Assembly (NCBI RefSeq): GCF_009914755.1
Contig: NC_060940.1
DNA length: 64,000 nt
Source: the human T2T-CHM13v2.0 reference genome, Homo sapiens
Direction: 5' to 3' (one strand)
In this document: in pieces, positions 38,301 to 54,674 of the stretch
Position numbering within the stretch: position 1 is the stretch's first letter
How the letters are laid out: each line of letters starts with the position of its first letter
The notes under the pieces: model-generated
What the model was told of the DNA's origin: nothing
The model's database searches: none
The model's input: only the letters and a program-made list of their open reading frames with translations
Position numbers and translations under genes: made by a program

Positions 38301-41300
38301 GATTCCATTCCATGATGATTCCATTCGAGTTCATTCGATGATTGCATTCGAGTCCATTTGATGATTCCATAAGATTCCATTCGACAATGATTCCATTCGT
38401 GTCCATTTGATGATTCCATTCATTTCCTATCGATGAAGATTCCATTCGAGTGTATTCGATGATTCCATTCAAATCCATTCGATGATGATTCCATTCCAGT
38501 CCATTCGATCATTCCACTTGATTCCATTTGATGACTATTCCATTCAAATCCATTTGATGATTCCATTCGATTCCATTCGATGTTACCATTCCAGTATATA
38601 CGATGATTCCACTCGATTCCATTTGATGATTATTCCATTGGAGTCGACTTAGTGAATCCTTTAGATTCTACTCGAAGATGATTCCATTCGAGTCCATTCG
38701 ATGATACCATTCAATTCCATTCGTTGATGCTTCCATTCAAGTGCATTCGATGATATCATTCGATTCCATTTGATGATAATTCCATTTGATTCCATGTGAT
38801 GATTCTATTCCATTCCATTCAATGATAATTCCATTCAATTCAGTGATTCCTCTGGACTCCATTTGATGATGATTCCATTCAATGATTCCATTCGATTCTA
38901 TTCGAAAATGATTCCATTTGAATCCATTTGATGATGATTCCATTCGATTCCATTTGATGATTCCATTCGATTCCATTCGACGATGATTCCATTCGATTCC
39001 ATTTGATGATTCCATTCTATTCTATTCGATGATGATTCCATTCGATTCCATTCGATGATGATTGGATTCGATTCCATTTGATGATTTCATTTGATTCAAT
39101 TCGATGATGATTTCGATCAATTCCATTCGATGATTCCATTCGATTCCATTTGATAATGATTACATCCGAGTCCATTCGATGATTCCATTTGAGCCCGTTC
39201 GATAATTCCATTTGAGTCCAATCAATGATTCCATTCATTTCCATTCAATGATTCCATTCGAGTCCATTTGATCATTCCGGTAGGGTCCGTTCGATGTTGA
39301 TTCCATTGGAGTGCCTTCGATGATTCCATTCGAGTCCATTTTAGGATTTGATTCGAGTCCTTTCGATGATTCCATTCGATTCCACTCGATGATGATTTCA
39401 TTCGAGTCCATTCGACACTTCCAATCGATTCCATTTGATGTTTCCATTCGAGTCCAATTGATGATTCCATTCAATTCCATTCGATGATGATTCCGTACGA
39501 TTCCATTCTGTGATGATTCCATGTGATTGCATTCAATGATGATTCCTTTCGATTGCATTCGATTATGATTCATTTCGTGTTCATTCTATGGTTCCACAGG
39601 TTTCACATCGTGTCCATTCCATTATTCCATTCTATTCCATTTGATGATGATTCCATTCGATTCCATTCATTGGTGATTCCACTCAATTCCATTCAATGAT
39701 TCCATTCCATTTCTTTCAACAATGATTCCATTAGTTTCTAATCGATGATCCACTTGATTCCATTTGACGATGATTCCATTCTTGTCCATTCGATGATTCC
39801 ATTTGATTCCATATGATGATGATTCCATTCGATTCCACACGATGATTATTCCATTCGAGTCCATTCAATGGTGATTCCATTCAATTCCATTCGATGATTC
39901 CTTTCGATTCCATTTGATGATGATGGCATTCGATTCCTTTCAATCATTCCCTTTGATTCCACTCAAAGGTGATTTCATTCAAGTCCATTCGATAATTGCA
40001 TTCGATTCCATTCTATGATGATTCCATTCGAGTCCATTTGATGATTCCATTCAATTCAAGTCAATGATGATTCCATTCGATTCCATTCGATGATTCCATT
40101 GGATTCCATTCGATGATGATTCCATTCAAATCCATTCGATAATTCAATTCACGTCCATTCGATGATGATTCCAATCGAATCCATTCAAAGATTCCATTCA
40201 ATTCCATTCGATGATTCCCTTAGATTCCATTCGATGATTCCACTTGATTCCATTTACGATGATTCCATTCGATTCCATGTGATGATTCCATTCAATTCTA
40301 TTCAATGATGTTTCCATTTGATTCCATTCGACCATGATTGCCTTTGATTCCATTCAATGATTCCATTCGGTTCCGTTTGATGATGATTCCGTTCGATTCC
40401 ATTTGATGATTCCATTTGATTCCATTGGATGAGTCCATTCGATTACATTCGATGATTATTCCATTCGAGTGCATTAGATGATTCCATTCGAGTCCATTCG
40501 ATGATTCCATTCGAGTCCATTCGATGATTCCATTCGATTCCATTCGATGTTGATTCTGTTCAAATCCATTCGATGATTCCACTCGATTCCATTCGATGAC
40601 TCCATTTGATCCCATTCGATGATTTCCTTTGATTCCCTTTGATGATCATTCCATTTGATTCAATTCGGTGATTTCATTTGATTCCATTCAGTGATGTTTC
40701 CATTCGACTCCATTCGATGATGATTCCATTCGACTACATTCGATTATGATTTCATTCAATTCCATTCGATAAAGATTCCCTTCGAGTCCAAACTATGATT
40801 CCATTCGATTCCATTCAACGATGATTTGATTCGTGTCCATTCGATGATTCCATTTGATTCCACTTGATGAGGATTCCATTCGAGTCCATTTGATGATTCC
40901 ATTCAATTCCATTCTCCGATGATTTCTTTTGAGCCCATTCAATGCTTCCACTCGATTACATATGATGATGACTCCATTCGATGAAACTCGATGATGATTC
41001 CATTCGCTTGCATTCGATGATGATTCCACTTGAGTCCGTTAGAAGATTCTATTCAATTACATTCCATGACGATTCTGTTCGAGTCCATTTGATGATTCCA
41101 TTACACTCCATTCGACAATGATTCCATTCAATGTTATTCGATGATTCCATTCGATCTCATTCGATGATGATTCCATTCAAGTCCATTCGATGTTTCCATT
41201 CGAGTTCATTCTATTATTCCATTAGATTCCATTCGATGATGATTCCATTCGATTCCATTTGATGATTGCATTCTATTTCATTTGATGATGATTCCATTCG

Positions 41301-42010
41301 AGTCCATTCGATGATTCCATTCGAGTCCATTTAATGAATCCATTGGTTTCAATTCTATGATGATTATATTGGATTCCATTCGTTGATGATTTCATTCGAT
41401 TCCATTCAATGATGATTCCATTCAATTCCATTCAATGATTCCATTCAATTCCATACGATGATGATTCCATTTGATTTGATTCGACAGTGAGCCATTCGAT
41501 TCAATTCCATGATGATTCTGTTTGATTCACTTGGTTGACATTTCCATTCGATTCCATTCGATGATGATTCCATTTGATTCCATTCAAAGATGATTCCATT
41601 CTAGCCCATTCAATCATTCCATTCGATTCTATTCAATGATGATTCCATTCATGTCGATTTGGTGATTCCATTTGACTTCATTTGATGATGATTCCTTTCA
41701 AGTTCATTAGATGATTCCATTCGATTCCATTTGATGATGATCCCATTCGAGTCCATTCAGTGATTCCACTCGTTTCCATTCCATGATGATTCCATTCCAT
41801 TCCATTCAATGATTCCATTCGATTCCGTTTGATGATGATTTCATTCGAGTCCATTTGATGATTCCATTTGATTCCATTCGATGATGATTCCATTCGAGTC
41901 CATTCGATGATTCTATTCGAATCCATTTGATGATTTCTTTTGATTATATTTGGTGATGATTCCATTGGAGTCCATTCAATGATTCCATTCGATTCCAATC
42001 GATGGTGGTT
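29351..42010 (+). repeat. Higher-order repeat unit A, copy 1 (12,660 bp; carries 836-bp internal duplication)
   Basis: Landmark 'ccattagagtccatttaatg' at 29351 recurs at 42011. Identical or near-identical ORF translations are offset by 12,660 (29583/42243, 31362/44022, 33208/45868, 35474/48134). The phase of the unit start is arbitrary. Confidence 0.93.
35310..36990 (+). repeat. Internal tandem duplication (836 + 840 bp) in HOR copy 1
   Basis: 'cattggtatccattcgacg' occurs at 35315 and 36151. Identical ORFs at 35474/36310. 'tttccatttgagtccattcg' occurs at 36121 and 36961. Confidence 0.92.
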
Positions 42011-45000
42011 CCATTAGAGTCCATTTAATGATTCCATTTGATTCCAGTCTCTGATGTTTACATTCGAGTCCATACGATGATTCCACTCAATTCCATATGA
42101 TGATGATTCCATTCGATTCCATTCGATGATTCCATTCTATTCTATTCAATGGTGATTCCATTCGAGTACATTAGATGATTCCATTCGATTCCATTCAATG
42201 ATGATTCTATTTGTGTCCCTTAGATGATTCCACATGATTCCATTAGATGATGATACTATTTGAGCCCATCCAATGATTCCCTTCGATTCCATTCGATGAG
42301 GATTCCATTCGATTCAATTCATTGGTGATTCTATTCAATTCAATTCTTTGATTCAATTCCATTCCATTCGACAATGATTCCATTCGATTTCTTTCGATGA
42401 TTCCACTCAATTTCACTTGACATTGATTCCATTCGATTCCATTCAATGATTCCATTTGATTCCAGTGGATGATGATTGCCGTCGATTCCATTCGATCACT
42501 CCATTCTGTTCCATTTGATGATGATTACATTCGATTCCATTTGATGATTCCATCTGATTCTATTCGAGGATTCCATTTGATTCCATTCGATGATGATTCC
42601 ATTCGAGTCCATTCGATGGTTTCATTCGAGTACATCCAATGATTCCATTCGAGTCCATTTGATGATTCCATTTCATTCCATTTGATTATGATTCTACTAG
42701 AGTCCATTCAATGACTCCATTCGAGTCCATTCAACAGTTCCATCCGAGTCCATTCGATGATTCCATTCGATTCCATTTGATGATTCCATTCGAGTCCATT
42801 TAATCATTACAGTCGAGTCCATTTGGTGATTCCACTGGATTTCTTTTGATAATGATACCATTCAATTACATTTGATGATGATCCCATTCAATTTCATTTG
42901 ATGATGATTCCATTAGAGTCCATTCCCTGATTTCATTCGAGTCCCTTCATTGATTCCATCCGATTTCATTTCATGATGACTCCATTCGAGTCCATTCGAT
43001 GATTCCACTCGATTCCTTTAGATGATTCCATTGGAGTCCATTTGATTGTTCCATTCGATTCCATTCGATTCCTTTCGAAGATTATTCCATTTGAGTCCAT
43101 TCGATGATGATTCCATTCCATTCCATTCGATGATTCCGTTTGATTCCATTCGATGATTCCCTGCGATTCCTTTCTATGATGATTCCATTCCATTCCATTC
43201 AATGATTCCATTCGAATGTATTCCATGATGATTCCTTTCGATTCCATTCGCTGATGTTTCCGTTCAATTCCATTCGATGATGATTCCATTCGATTCCATT
43301 CATTGAGGATTCCATTGGATTCCATTCAATGATGATTCCATTCTATTCCATTCAATGATTGCATTCAATTCCATTCAATGATTATGCCATTAGAGTAAAT
43401 TCAACGATTCCATTCAATACCATTCGATGATGATTCCTTTTGAGTCCATTCAATGATTTCATTCAAGTCCATTTGATGATTCCTTTCAATTCCATTCCAT
43501 GATGATTCCATTCGAGTCCATTCGATGATTCCATTCGATTGCATTCGATGATTCCATTATATTCCATTCAACGATGATTCCATTCGAGTCCATTCGATGA
43601 TTCCATTAGAGTACATTTAATGATTGCTTTGTTTTCAATTCGAAGATGATTACATTGGATTCCATTCTATGATTCCATTCGATTGCATTCATTGATGATT
43701 CCACCCAATTCCATTCGATGATGATTCCATTCGATTTCAATGATTCTACTCGATTCCATTCAATGATGATTCAATTCTATTCCGTTTGATGATTCCATTA
43801 GATTCCATTCTATGATGATTCCATTCGAGTCCATTCGAAGATTTCATTCGATTACATTCCATGACGATTCCATTCGAGTCCATTCGATGATTCCATTTGA
43901 ATCCATTCGACGATGATTCCATTTGATGCTATCCGATGATTCCATTGGATTCCATTCGATGATGATTCCATTCGACTTGATTTGATGTTTCTATTTGAGT
44001 CCATTCGGTTATTTTATTAGACTACATTCGATGATGATTCCATTCGATGCCATTCAATGATTCCATTTGATTCCACTCAATGATGATTGCATTCGTGTCC
44101 ATTCGATGATTCCATTTGGTTCCATTTGATGATGATTCCATTCGAGTCCATTCGATGATACCATTCAATTCCATTCGATGATCATTCCATTCGAATCCAT
44201 TTGATGATTCCACTCAATTCCATTTGATGACTCCTTTCATTCCCATTCGATGATTCCCTTCAGTTCCAATTGGATGATCTTTCCATTTGATTCAATATGG
44301 TGACTCCATTCTATTATATTCAATGATGATTCCATTCGACTCCATTAGATGATGACTCCATTCCATTCCATTCGATTGTGATTTCATTCGATTCCATTCG
44401 AAGATGATTCCATTCGAGTCCATTTGATGATTCCATTCGATTCCATTCAATGATGATTCCACTCAAATCCATTGGATGATTCCATTCGTTTCCAATTGGT
44501 GATTTCATTAGATTCCATTCGAGGATGATTCTATTCGAGTCCATTCAATGATTCCATTGGATTCCGTTTGATAATGATTCCATTAGAGTTCATTCGATGA
44601 TTCCCTTCGAGTCCATTCGATTATTTCTTTTGATTCCATTTGATGATGATTCCATTCGATTCCATTCAATGATTCCATTCCATTCCATTCGATGATGATT
44701 CCATTCGATAATGATTACATTCGAGCCCATGTGATGATTCCATTAGATTCTATTCAATGATGATTCCATTCGACCACATTCGATGATGGCATTCGAGTCC
44801 ATTCGATGATTTCACTCGATTCCACTTGATGATGATTCCTTTTGAGTCCATTTGATGATTACATTCGAGTCCATGAGATGACTCCATTCGATTCCATTTC
44901 ATGATGATGCAATTCGAGGCTATTCGATCATCCCATTTTAGTGCATTCGGTGATTCTCTTTTATTACATTCGATGAGGGCTCCATTCGAGTCCATTCAAT

Positions 45001-48000
45001 GATTCCATTAGATTCCACTCGATGATGATTCCATTTGAGTCCATTCAAAGATTCCTTTCGAGTCCATTCGATAATTCTATTGGATTCCACTAGGTGATGA
45101 TTCCTTTCGAGTCAATTCGATGATTCCTTTCAAGTGCCTTCAATGATTCCATTCGATTCCATTCGATGACGATTCATTTCAAGTCCATTCAATGGTTCCA
45201 TTCTGTTGAATTTGATGGTTCCATTTGATTCCATTCGATGATGATTCCATTCGTGTCCATTGGATGATTCCATTCGATTCCTTTCGAGGAAGATTCCATT
45301 CGACTCCATTCGATGATTCCGTTCGATTCCATTCCATGATGATTCCATTTGATTCCATTCCATGATTCCATTCGATACCATTCGATGATGATTCCATTCG
45401 ACTCCATTTGATGAATCCATTCAATGCTTCCATTCGAGTCCATTCGATGATTCCATTCGATTCCATTCCATGAAGATTCCATTCGAGTACATTTGATGAT
45501 TCCATTTAATTCCATAGGATGATGATTCTATTAGGGTCCGTTGACTATTCCATTCAATTCCATTCGAAGATTCCATTCGAGTCCACTCGATGATTCTATT
45601 TGATTCCATTTGATAATTCCATTCGATTCCATTTGATGTTGATTCCATTCGAGTCCATTCGATCATTATTACATTTGATTCTATTCGATGATTCCATTCG
45701 ATTCCATTTGATGAGGATTCCATTCGAGACCATTTGATGATTCCATTCAATTCCATTGGATGATTCCAATATTTTCCATTAGATGATGATTCCATTCGAT
45801 TCCATTCAATGATGATTCCATCAGAATCCATTCGATGATGACTCCTTTTGCTTCCATTCAATGATCATTACATTCGGTTCCATTCGATGATGATTCCTTT
45901 GGATTCCATTCGATGATGCTTCCATTCGATTCCATTTGATGATGATTCTTTTCGATTCCATTTGATGATGATTCCATTTGATTCCATTCGATGGTGATTC
46001 CATTTGATGATTCCATTCGATTGTATTCGATGATGATTCCACTCGATTCTATTTGATGATGACTGCATTCGATTCCATTTGATGATTCCATTTGATTCCA
46101 TTCGATGATGATTCTGATCAATTGCATTCGATGATCCATTCGATTCCATTTGATGGTTCCATTTGATTCCATTTGATAATGATTCCTTTCGAGTCCATTC
46201 GATGATTCCATTTGCGGATATTCGATAATTCCATTTGAGTCCAACCGATGATTCCATTCGAGGCCATTCAATCATTCTTTTTGAGTCCTTTCGATAAAGA
46301 TTCCATTTTAGTCCATTCAATAATTCCACTGGAGTCCATTCGATGATTGCTTTTAATTCCATTCGATGATATTCCATTCGAGTCCATTCGATGATTCCAT
46401 TCGTTGCTATTAGATGATGATTCCATTCATGACCATTTGGTGATTCCATTCGATTTCATTCGTTGATGATTCCATTCGAGTCCATTCCATGATTCCATTC
46501 AAGTCCATTTGATGATTTCTTTGAATTCAATTCGATGATGATTCCATTCGAGTCCATTCGATGATTCCATTCAGTTCCATTCGATGATGATTCCTTTCGA
46601 GACCATATGATGATTCCATTTGATTTCATTCGATGATGATTCCATTCGATTCCATTCGATGATTCCATTCTATTCCATTCGATGATGATTCCATTCGAGT
46701 CCATTTAATGATTCCATTGGGTTCAATTCAATGATGATTACATTGGATTCTCTTCTATGATACCATTCAATTCCGTTCATTGACAATTTGATTCCATTCG
46801 ATGATGATTCCATTTGAGTTCATTCGATGATTCTATTCGATTCTCTTCGATGGTGATTCAATTCTATTATATTGGATGATTCCATTCGATTCCATTTGAT
46901 GTTGATTCAATTCGATTCTATTCGATGATGATTCCATTGGATTTCATTTGATGATTCTATTCGATTCCATTCAATGATGATTCACTTCTCGTCCATTGGA
47001 TGATTCCATTTCATTCCATTCGATGATGATTCCATTCGATTCCATTCGATGATTCCATTTGATTCCATTCGACGGTGAGCAATTCGATTCAATTCCATGA
47101 TGATTCTATTTGATTCAGTTAGATGATGTTTCCATTCGAATCCATTCCATGATTATTCCATTGGAATCCATTCGGCGATGATTCCATATGAGTCAATTCA
47201 ATGATGCTTCCATATGGGTCAGTTCGATGATAATTCCATTTGATTTCATTCGATGCTTCTATTCAATTCCAGTCGATGATGATTCCGTTGGAGTCCATAC
47301 GATGACTCCATTTGATTTCATTTGATGATGATTCCATTCGATTCCATTCGATGACTCCATTCTGTTCCATTCGATGATGATTCCATTCGAGTCCATTCGA
47401 TGATTCCATTCGAGTCCATTTCATGATTCCATTGGGTTCAATTCGATGATGATTACACTGGATTCCATTCTATGATTCCATTCAATTCCATTCGTTGATG
47501 ATTCGATTCCATTCAATGATGATTCCATTTGAGTTCATTCGATGATTCTATTCGATTCCGTTCGATGGTGATTCAATTCTATTATATTGGATGATTCCAT
47601 TCGATTCCATTTGATGATGATTCCATTCGATTCCATTCGATGATGATTCCATTTGATTCCATTTGATGTTGATTCTATTCGATTCTATTCAATGATGATT
47701 CCATTCGATTTCATTTGATGATTCTATTCGATTCCTTTCGATGATTCTATTCCATTCCATTCGATGATGATTCAATTCTCTTCCATTGGATGATTCCATT
47801 TTATTCCATTCGACGATGACTCCATTTGATTCCATTCAATGATGATTCCATTCGATTCCATTCGGTGATTCCATTTGATTCCATTCGACGGTGAGCAATT
47901 TGATTCAATTCCATAATGATTCTATTTGATTCAATTAGATGATGTTTCCATTCGAATCCATTCGGTGATGATTCCATTGGTATCCATTCGACGATGATTC

Positions 48001-51000
48001 CATATGAGTCAATTCGATGATGATTCCATACGAGTCCGTTGGATGATAATTCCATTTGATTTCATTCATTCCTTCTATTCGATTCCACTTGATGATGATT
48101 CCATCTGAATCCATTCTCCGATTCCATTCGATTTCATTCGATGCTTCTATTTGATTTCATTCGAAGATGATTCCTTTCAATTCCGTTCATTAATTCCATT
48201 TGATTCCATTCGATGATGATTCCATCCGATTCCATTGGATGATGATTCCATTCGAGTCCATTCGATGATTCCGTTCTAATCCATTCTATGATTCCATTCG
48301 AGTCCATTCGATGATTCCATTCGATTCCATTCAGTGATGATTCCATTTGATTCCATCTGATGATGATTTCATTTGATTCCATTCGATGATGATTCCATTG
48401 GAGTCCATTGAATGATTCAATTCAATTCCATTCCATGTGGATTCCATTCGAATTCATTCGATTATTCCATTCAAATCCCTTCGTTGATTCCATCTGATTC
48501 CACTTGACGATGATTCCATTCAAGTCCAATCGATGATTCCATTCGGTTCCATTCAATGATTCCATTCGAGTCCATTTATGTATTATATTCGTGTCCACTT
48601 GATGACTCACTCCATTCAATTCCATTTAATGATGATTCCATTTGATTCCATTTGATGATTCAGTTCGATTCCTTACAATGATTCCCTACGATTCCTTTCT
48701 ATGATGATTCCATTCGATTCCATTCATTGATGATTCCATTCGACTCCATTCGATGATGATTCCTTTCGATTCCATTTGACGATGTTTCCATTTGAGTCCA
48801 TTCGATGATGATTCCATTGGTATCCATTCGACGATGATTCCATATGAGTCAATTCGATGATGATTCCATACGAGTCCGTTGGATGATAATTCCATTTGAT
48901 TTCATTCAATCCTTCTATTCGATTCCATTTGATGATGATTCCATCTGAATCCATTCTCCGATTCCATTCGATTTCATTCGATGCTTCTATTTGATTTCAT
49001 TCGAAGATGATTCCTTTCAATTCCATTCATTAATTCCATTTGATTCCATTCGATGATGATTCCATCCGATTCCATTGGATGATGATTCCACTCGAGTCCA
49101 TTCGATGATTCCGTTCTAATCCATTCTATGATTCCATTCGAGTCCATTCGATGATTCCATTCGATTCCATTCAGTGATGATTCCATTTGATTCCATCTGA
49201 TGATGATTTCATTTGATTCCATTCGATGATGATTCCATTGGAGTCCATTGAATGATTCAATTCAATTCCATTCCATGTGGATTCCATTCGAATTCATTCG
49301 ATTATTCCATTCAAATCCCTTCGTTGATTCCATCTGATTCCACTTGACGATGATTCCATTCAAGTCCAATCGATGATTCCATTCGGTTCCATTCAATGAT
49401 TCCATTCGAGTCCATTTATGTATTATATTCGTGTCCACTTGATGACTCACTCCATTCAATTCCATTTAATGATGATTCCATTTGATTCCATTTGATGATT
49501 CAGTTCGATTCCTTACAATGATTCCCTACGATTCCTTTCTATGATGATTCCATTCGATTCCATTCATTGATGATTCCATTCGACTCCATTCGATGATGAT
49601 TCCTTTCGATTCCATTTGACGATGTTTCCATTTGAGTCCATTCGATGATGATTCAATTCAGTTCTGTTCTATTATGAATCCATTCGATTTCATTCAATGC
49701 TTCTATTTGATTCCATTCGACGATGATTCCATCTCTTTCCCTTCGATGATTCCATTTGATTCCATTCAGTGATGATTCCATTTGATTCCATCTGATGATG
49801 ATTTCACTTGATTCATTTCAATGATGATTCCATTCAAGTCCATTCGATGATTCCATTGGAGTCCAAACGATCATTCCATTCGATTCCATTCAATGATGAT
49901 TCCATTCATGTCCATTCAATGAATCCTTTCAATTCCATTCGATGATGACTCCATTCGAGTACATTCGATGATTCCATTTGATTCCATCTGATGATGATTA
50001 CATTCAATTCCATTCGAAGATGATTCCATTCAATTCCACTTGATGATGATTCCGTATGAATCCATTCGCTGATTATTCCATTCGATTCCATTCATTGACG
50101 ATTCCATTCGATTCCATTCAATGATGATTCTCTTCTATTGCATTCGATGATTCCGTTCGATTCCATTCGATGATGATTCCATTAGATTCCATTCGATTGT
50201 TGCATTCGATTCCCTTCGATGATGATTCCTTTGAATTCCATTCGATTATGATTCCGTATGAATCCATTTGATGATTATTCCATTGGATTCCTTTCGATGA
50301 TGATTCCATTCGATTCCATTTGATGATGTTTCTCATGTATTCCATTTGATAATTCCTTTCAATTCCCTTCGATGATGATTCTTTCGAGTCAATTCGATGA
50401 TTCTATTCCATTCCCTTCGATGATGATTCCATTTCACTCCATTCGATGATTCCATTCGATTCAATTTGGTGATGATTCAATTCGATGACATTCGATGACT
50501 CCATTCAATTTCATTTGATGATGATTACATTCGAGTCCATTTGATGATTGTATTCCTTTCCTTTTGATGATTATTCCATTCGTGTCTATTCAAAGATTCC
50601 ATTCTATTCCATTCAACGATGATTCCAATTGATTCCATTCAATGATTATGGCTATCGATTCCACTCGTTGATTCCATTTGATTCCATTCGATGATTATTC
50701 CGTTAGATTCCATTAGGAGATTCCATTCGATTTTATTCAATGATTCCAATTGATTCCATTCAATGATGATTCCATTCGACTCCATTCAGTGATTCCATTT
50801 GAGTCCATTTGATGATTCCATTCGAGTCCATTTGGTGATTCCATTCTTTTCCATTTGATGATGATTCCATTAGGGTCCATTCAATGATTCCATTCGAGTC
50901 CATTCGTTAATGCCTTTCGAGTCCTTTTGATCACTACATTCGAGTCCATTCAATGATTCTATTCGATTCCATTCCATGATGATTCCATTCGAGTTCATTC

Positions 51001-54000
51001 GATGATTGCATTCGAGTCCATTTGATGATTCCATAAGATTCCATTCGACAATGATTCCATTCGTGTCCATTTGATGATTCCATTCATTTCCTATCGATGA
51101 AGATTCCATTCGAGTGTATTCGATGATTCCATTCAAATCCATTCGATGATGATTCCATTCCAGTCCATTCGATCATTCCACTTGATTCCATTTGATGACT
51201 ATTCCATTCAAATCCATTTGATGATTCCATTCGATTCCATTCGATGTTACCATTCCAGTATATACGATGATTCCACTCGATTCCATTTGATGATTATTCC
51301 ATTGGAGTCGACTTAGTGAATCCTTTAGATTCTACTCGAAGATGATTCCATTCGAGTCCATTCGATGATACCATTCAATTCCATTCGTTGATGCTTCCAT
51401 TCAAGTGCATTCGATGATATCATTCGATTCCATTTGATGATAATTCCATTTGATTCCATGTGATGATTCTATTCCATTCCATTCAATGATAATTCCATTC
51501 AATTCAGTGATTCCTCTGGACTCCATTTGATGATGATTCCATTCAATGATTCCATTCGATTCTATTCGAAAATGATTCCATTTGAATCCATTTGATGATG
51601 ATTCCATTCGATTCCATTTGATGATTCCATTCGATTCCATTCGACGATGATTCCATTCGATTCCATTTGATGATTCCATTCTATTCTATTCGATGATGAT
51701 TCCATTCGATTCCATTCGATGATGATTGGATTCGATTCCATTTGATGATTTCATTTGATTCAATTCGATGATGATTTCGATCAATTCCATTCGATGATTC
51801 CATTCGATTCCATTTGATAATGATTACATCCGAGTCCATTCGATGATTCCATTTGAGCCCGTTCGATAATTCCATTTGAGTCCAATCAATGATTCCATTC
51901 ATTTCCATTCAATGATTCCATTCGAGTCCATTTGATCATTCCGGTAGGGTCCGTTCGATGTTGATTCCATTGGAGTGCCTTCGATGATTCCATTCGAGTC
52001 CATTTTAGGATTTGATTCGAGTCCTTTCGATGATTCCATTCGATTCCACTCGATGATGATTTCATTCGAGTCCATTCGACACTTCCAATCGATTCCATTT
52101 GATGTTTCCATTCGAGTCCAATTGATGATTCCATTCAATTCCATTCGATGATGATTCCGTACGATTCCATTCTGTGATGATTCCATGTGATTGCATTCAA
52201 TGATGATTCCTTTCGATTGCATTCGATTATGATTCATTTCGTGTTCATTCTATGGTTCCACAGGTTTCACATCGTGTCCATTCCATTATTCCATTCTATT
52301 CCATTTGATGATGATTCCATTCGATTCCATTCATTGGTGATTCCACTCAATTCCATTCAATGATTCCATTCCATTTCTTTCAACAATGATTCCATTAGTT
52401 TCTAATCGATGATCCACTTGATTCCATTTGACGATGATTCCATTCTTGTCCATTCGATGATTCCATTTGATTCCATATGATGATGATTCCATTCGATTCC
52501 ACACGATGATTATTCCATTCGAGTCCATTCAATGGTGATTCCATTCAATTCCATTCGATGATTCCTTTCGATTCCATTTGATGATGATGGCATTCGATTC
52601 CTTTCAATCATTCCCTTTGATTCCACTCAAAGGTGATTTCATTCAAGTCCATTCGATAATTGCATTCGATTCCATTCTATGATGATTCCATTCGAGTCCA
52701 TTTGATGATTCCATTCAATTCAAGTCAATGATGATTCCATTCGATTCCATTCGATGATTCCATTGGATTCCATTCGATGATGATTCCACTCAAATCCATT
52801 CGATAATTCAATTCACGTCCATTCGATGATGATTCCAATCGAATCCATTCAAAGATTCCATTCAATTCCATTCGATGATTCCCTTAGATTCCATTCGATG
52901 ATTCCACTTGATTCCATTTACGATGATTCCATTCGATTCCATGTGATGATTCCATTCAATTCTATTCAATGATGTTTCCATTTGATTCCATTCGACCATG
53001 ATTGCCTTTGATTCCATTCAATGATTCCATTCGGTTCCGTTTGATGATGATTCCGTTCGATTCCATTTGATGATTCCATTTGATTCCATTGGATGAGTCC
53101 ATTCGATTACATTCGATGATTATTCCATTCGAGTGCATTAGATGATTCCATTCGAGTCCATTCGATGATTCCATTCGAGTCCATTCGATGATTCCATTCG
53201 ATTCCATTCGATGTTGATTCTGTTCAAATCCATTCGATGATTCCACTCGATTCCATTCGATGACTCCATTTGATCCCATTCGATGATTTCCTTTGATTCC
53301 CTTTGATGATCATTCCATTTGATTCAATTCGGTGATTTCATTTGATTCCATTCAGTGATGTTTCCATTCGACTCCATTCGATGATGATTCCATTCGACTA
53401 CATTCGATTATGATTTCATTCAATTCCATTCGATAAAGATTCCCTTCGAGTCCAAACTATGATTCCATTCGATTCCATTCAACGATGATTTGATTCGTGT
53501 CCATTCGATGATTCCATTTGATTCCACTTGATGAGGATTCCATTCGAGTCCATTTGATGATTCCATTCAATTCCATTCTCCGATGATTTCTTTTGAGCCC
53601 ATTCAATGCTTCCACTCGATTACATATGATGATGACTCCATTCGATGAAACTCGATGATGATTCCATTCGCTTGCATTCGATGATGATTCCACTTGAGTC
53701 CGTTAGAAGATTCTATTCAATTACATTCCATGACGATTCTGTTCGAGTCCATTTGATGATTCCATTACACTCCATTCGACAATGATTCCATTCAATGTTA
53801 TTCGATGATTCCATTCGATCTCATTCGATGATGATTCCATTCAAGTCCATTCGATGTTTCCATTCGAGTTCATTCTATTATTCCATTAGATTCCATTCGA
53901 TGATGATTCCATTCGATTCCATTTGATGATTGCATTCTATTTCATTTGATGATGATTCCATTCGAGTCCATTCGATGATTCCATTCGAGTCCATTTAATG

Positions 54001-54674
54001 AATCCATTGGTTTCAATTCTATGATGATTATATTGGATTCCATTCGTTGATGATTTCATTCGATTCCATTCAATGATGATTCCATTCAATTCCATTCAAT
54101 GATTCCATTCAATTCCATACGATGATGATTCCATTTGATTTGATTCGACAGTGAGCCATTCGATTCAATTCCATGATGATTCTGTTTGATTCACTTGGTT
54201 GACATTTCCATTCGATTCCATTCGATGATGATTCCATTTGATTCCATTCAAAGATGATTCCATTCTAGCCCATTCAATCATTCCATTCGATTCTATTCAA
54301 TGATGATTCCATTCATGTCGATTTGGTGATTCCATTTGACTTCATTTGATGATGATTCCTTTCAAGTTCATTAGATGATTCCATTCGATTCCATTTGATG
54401 ATGATCCCATTCGAGTCCATTCAGTGATTCCACTCGTTTCCATTCCATGATGATTCCATTCCATTCCATTCAATGATTCCATTCGATTCCGTTTGATGAT
54501 GATTTCATTCGAGTCCATTTGATGATTCCATTTGATTCCATTCGATGATGATTCCATTCGAGTCCATTCGATGATTCTATTCGAATCCATTTGATGATTT
54601 CTTTTGATTATATTTGGTGATGATTCCATTGGAGTCCATTCAATGATTCCATTCGATTCCAATCGATGGTGGTT
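42011..54674 (+). repeat. Higher-order repeat unit A, copy 2 (12,664 bp; carries 840-bp internal duplication)
   Basis: Landmark at 42011 recurs at 54675. ORF offsets are 12,664 (42243/54907, 45868/58532, 48134/60798; also 37242/49906, 41678/54342). Confidence 0.93.
47970..49650 (+). repeat. Internal tandem duplication (2 x 840 bp) in HOR copy 2
   Basis: 'cattggtatcc' occurs at 47975 and 48815. Identical ORF pairs at 48134/48974 and 48422/49262. Confidence 0.92.
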
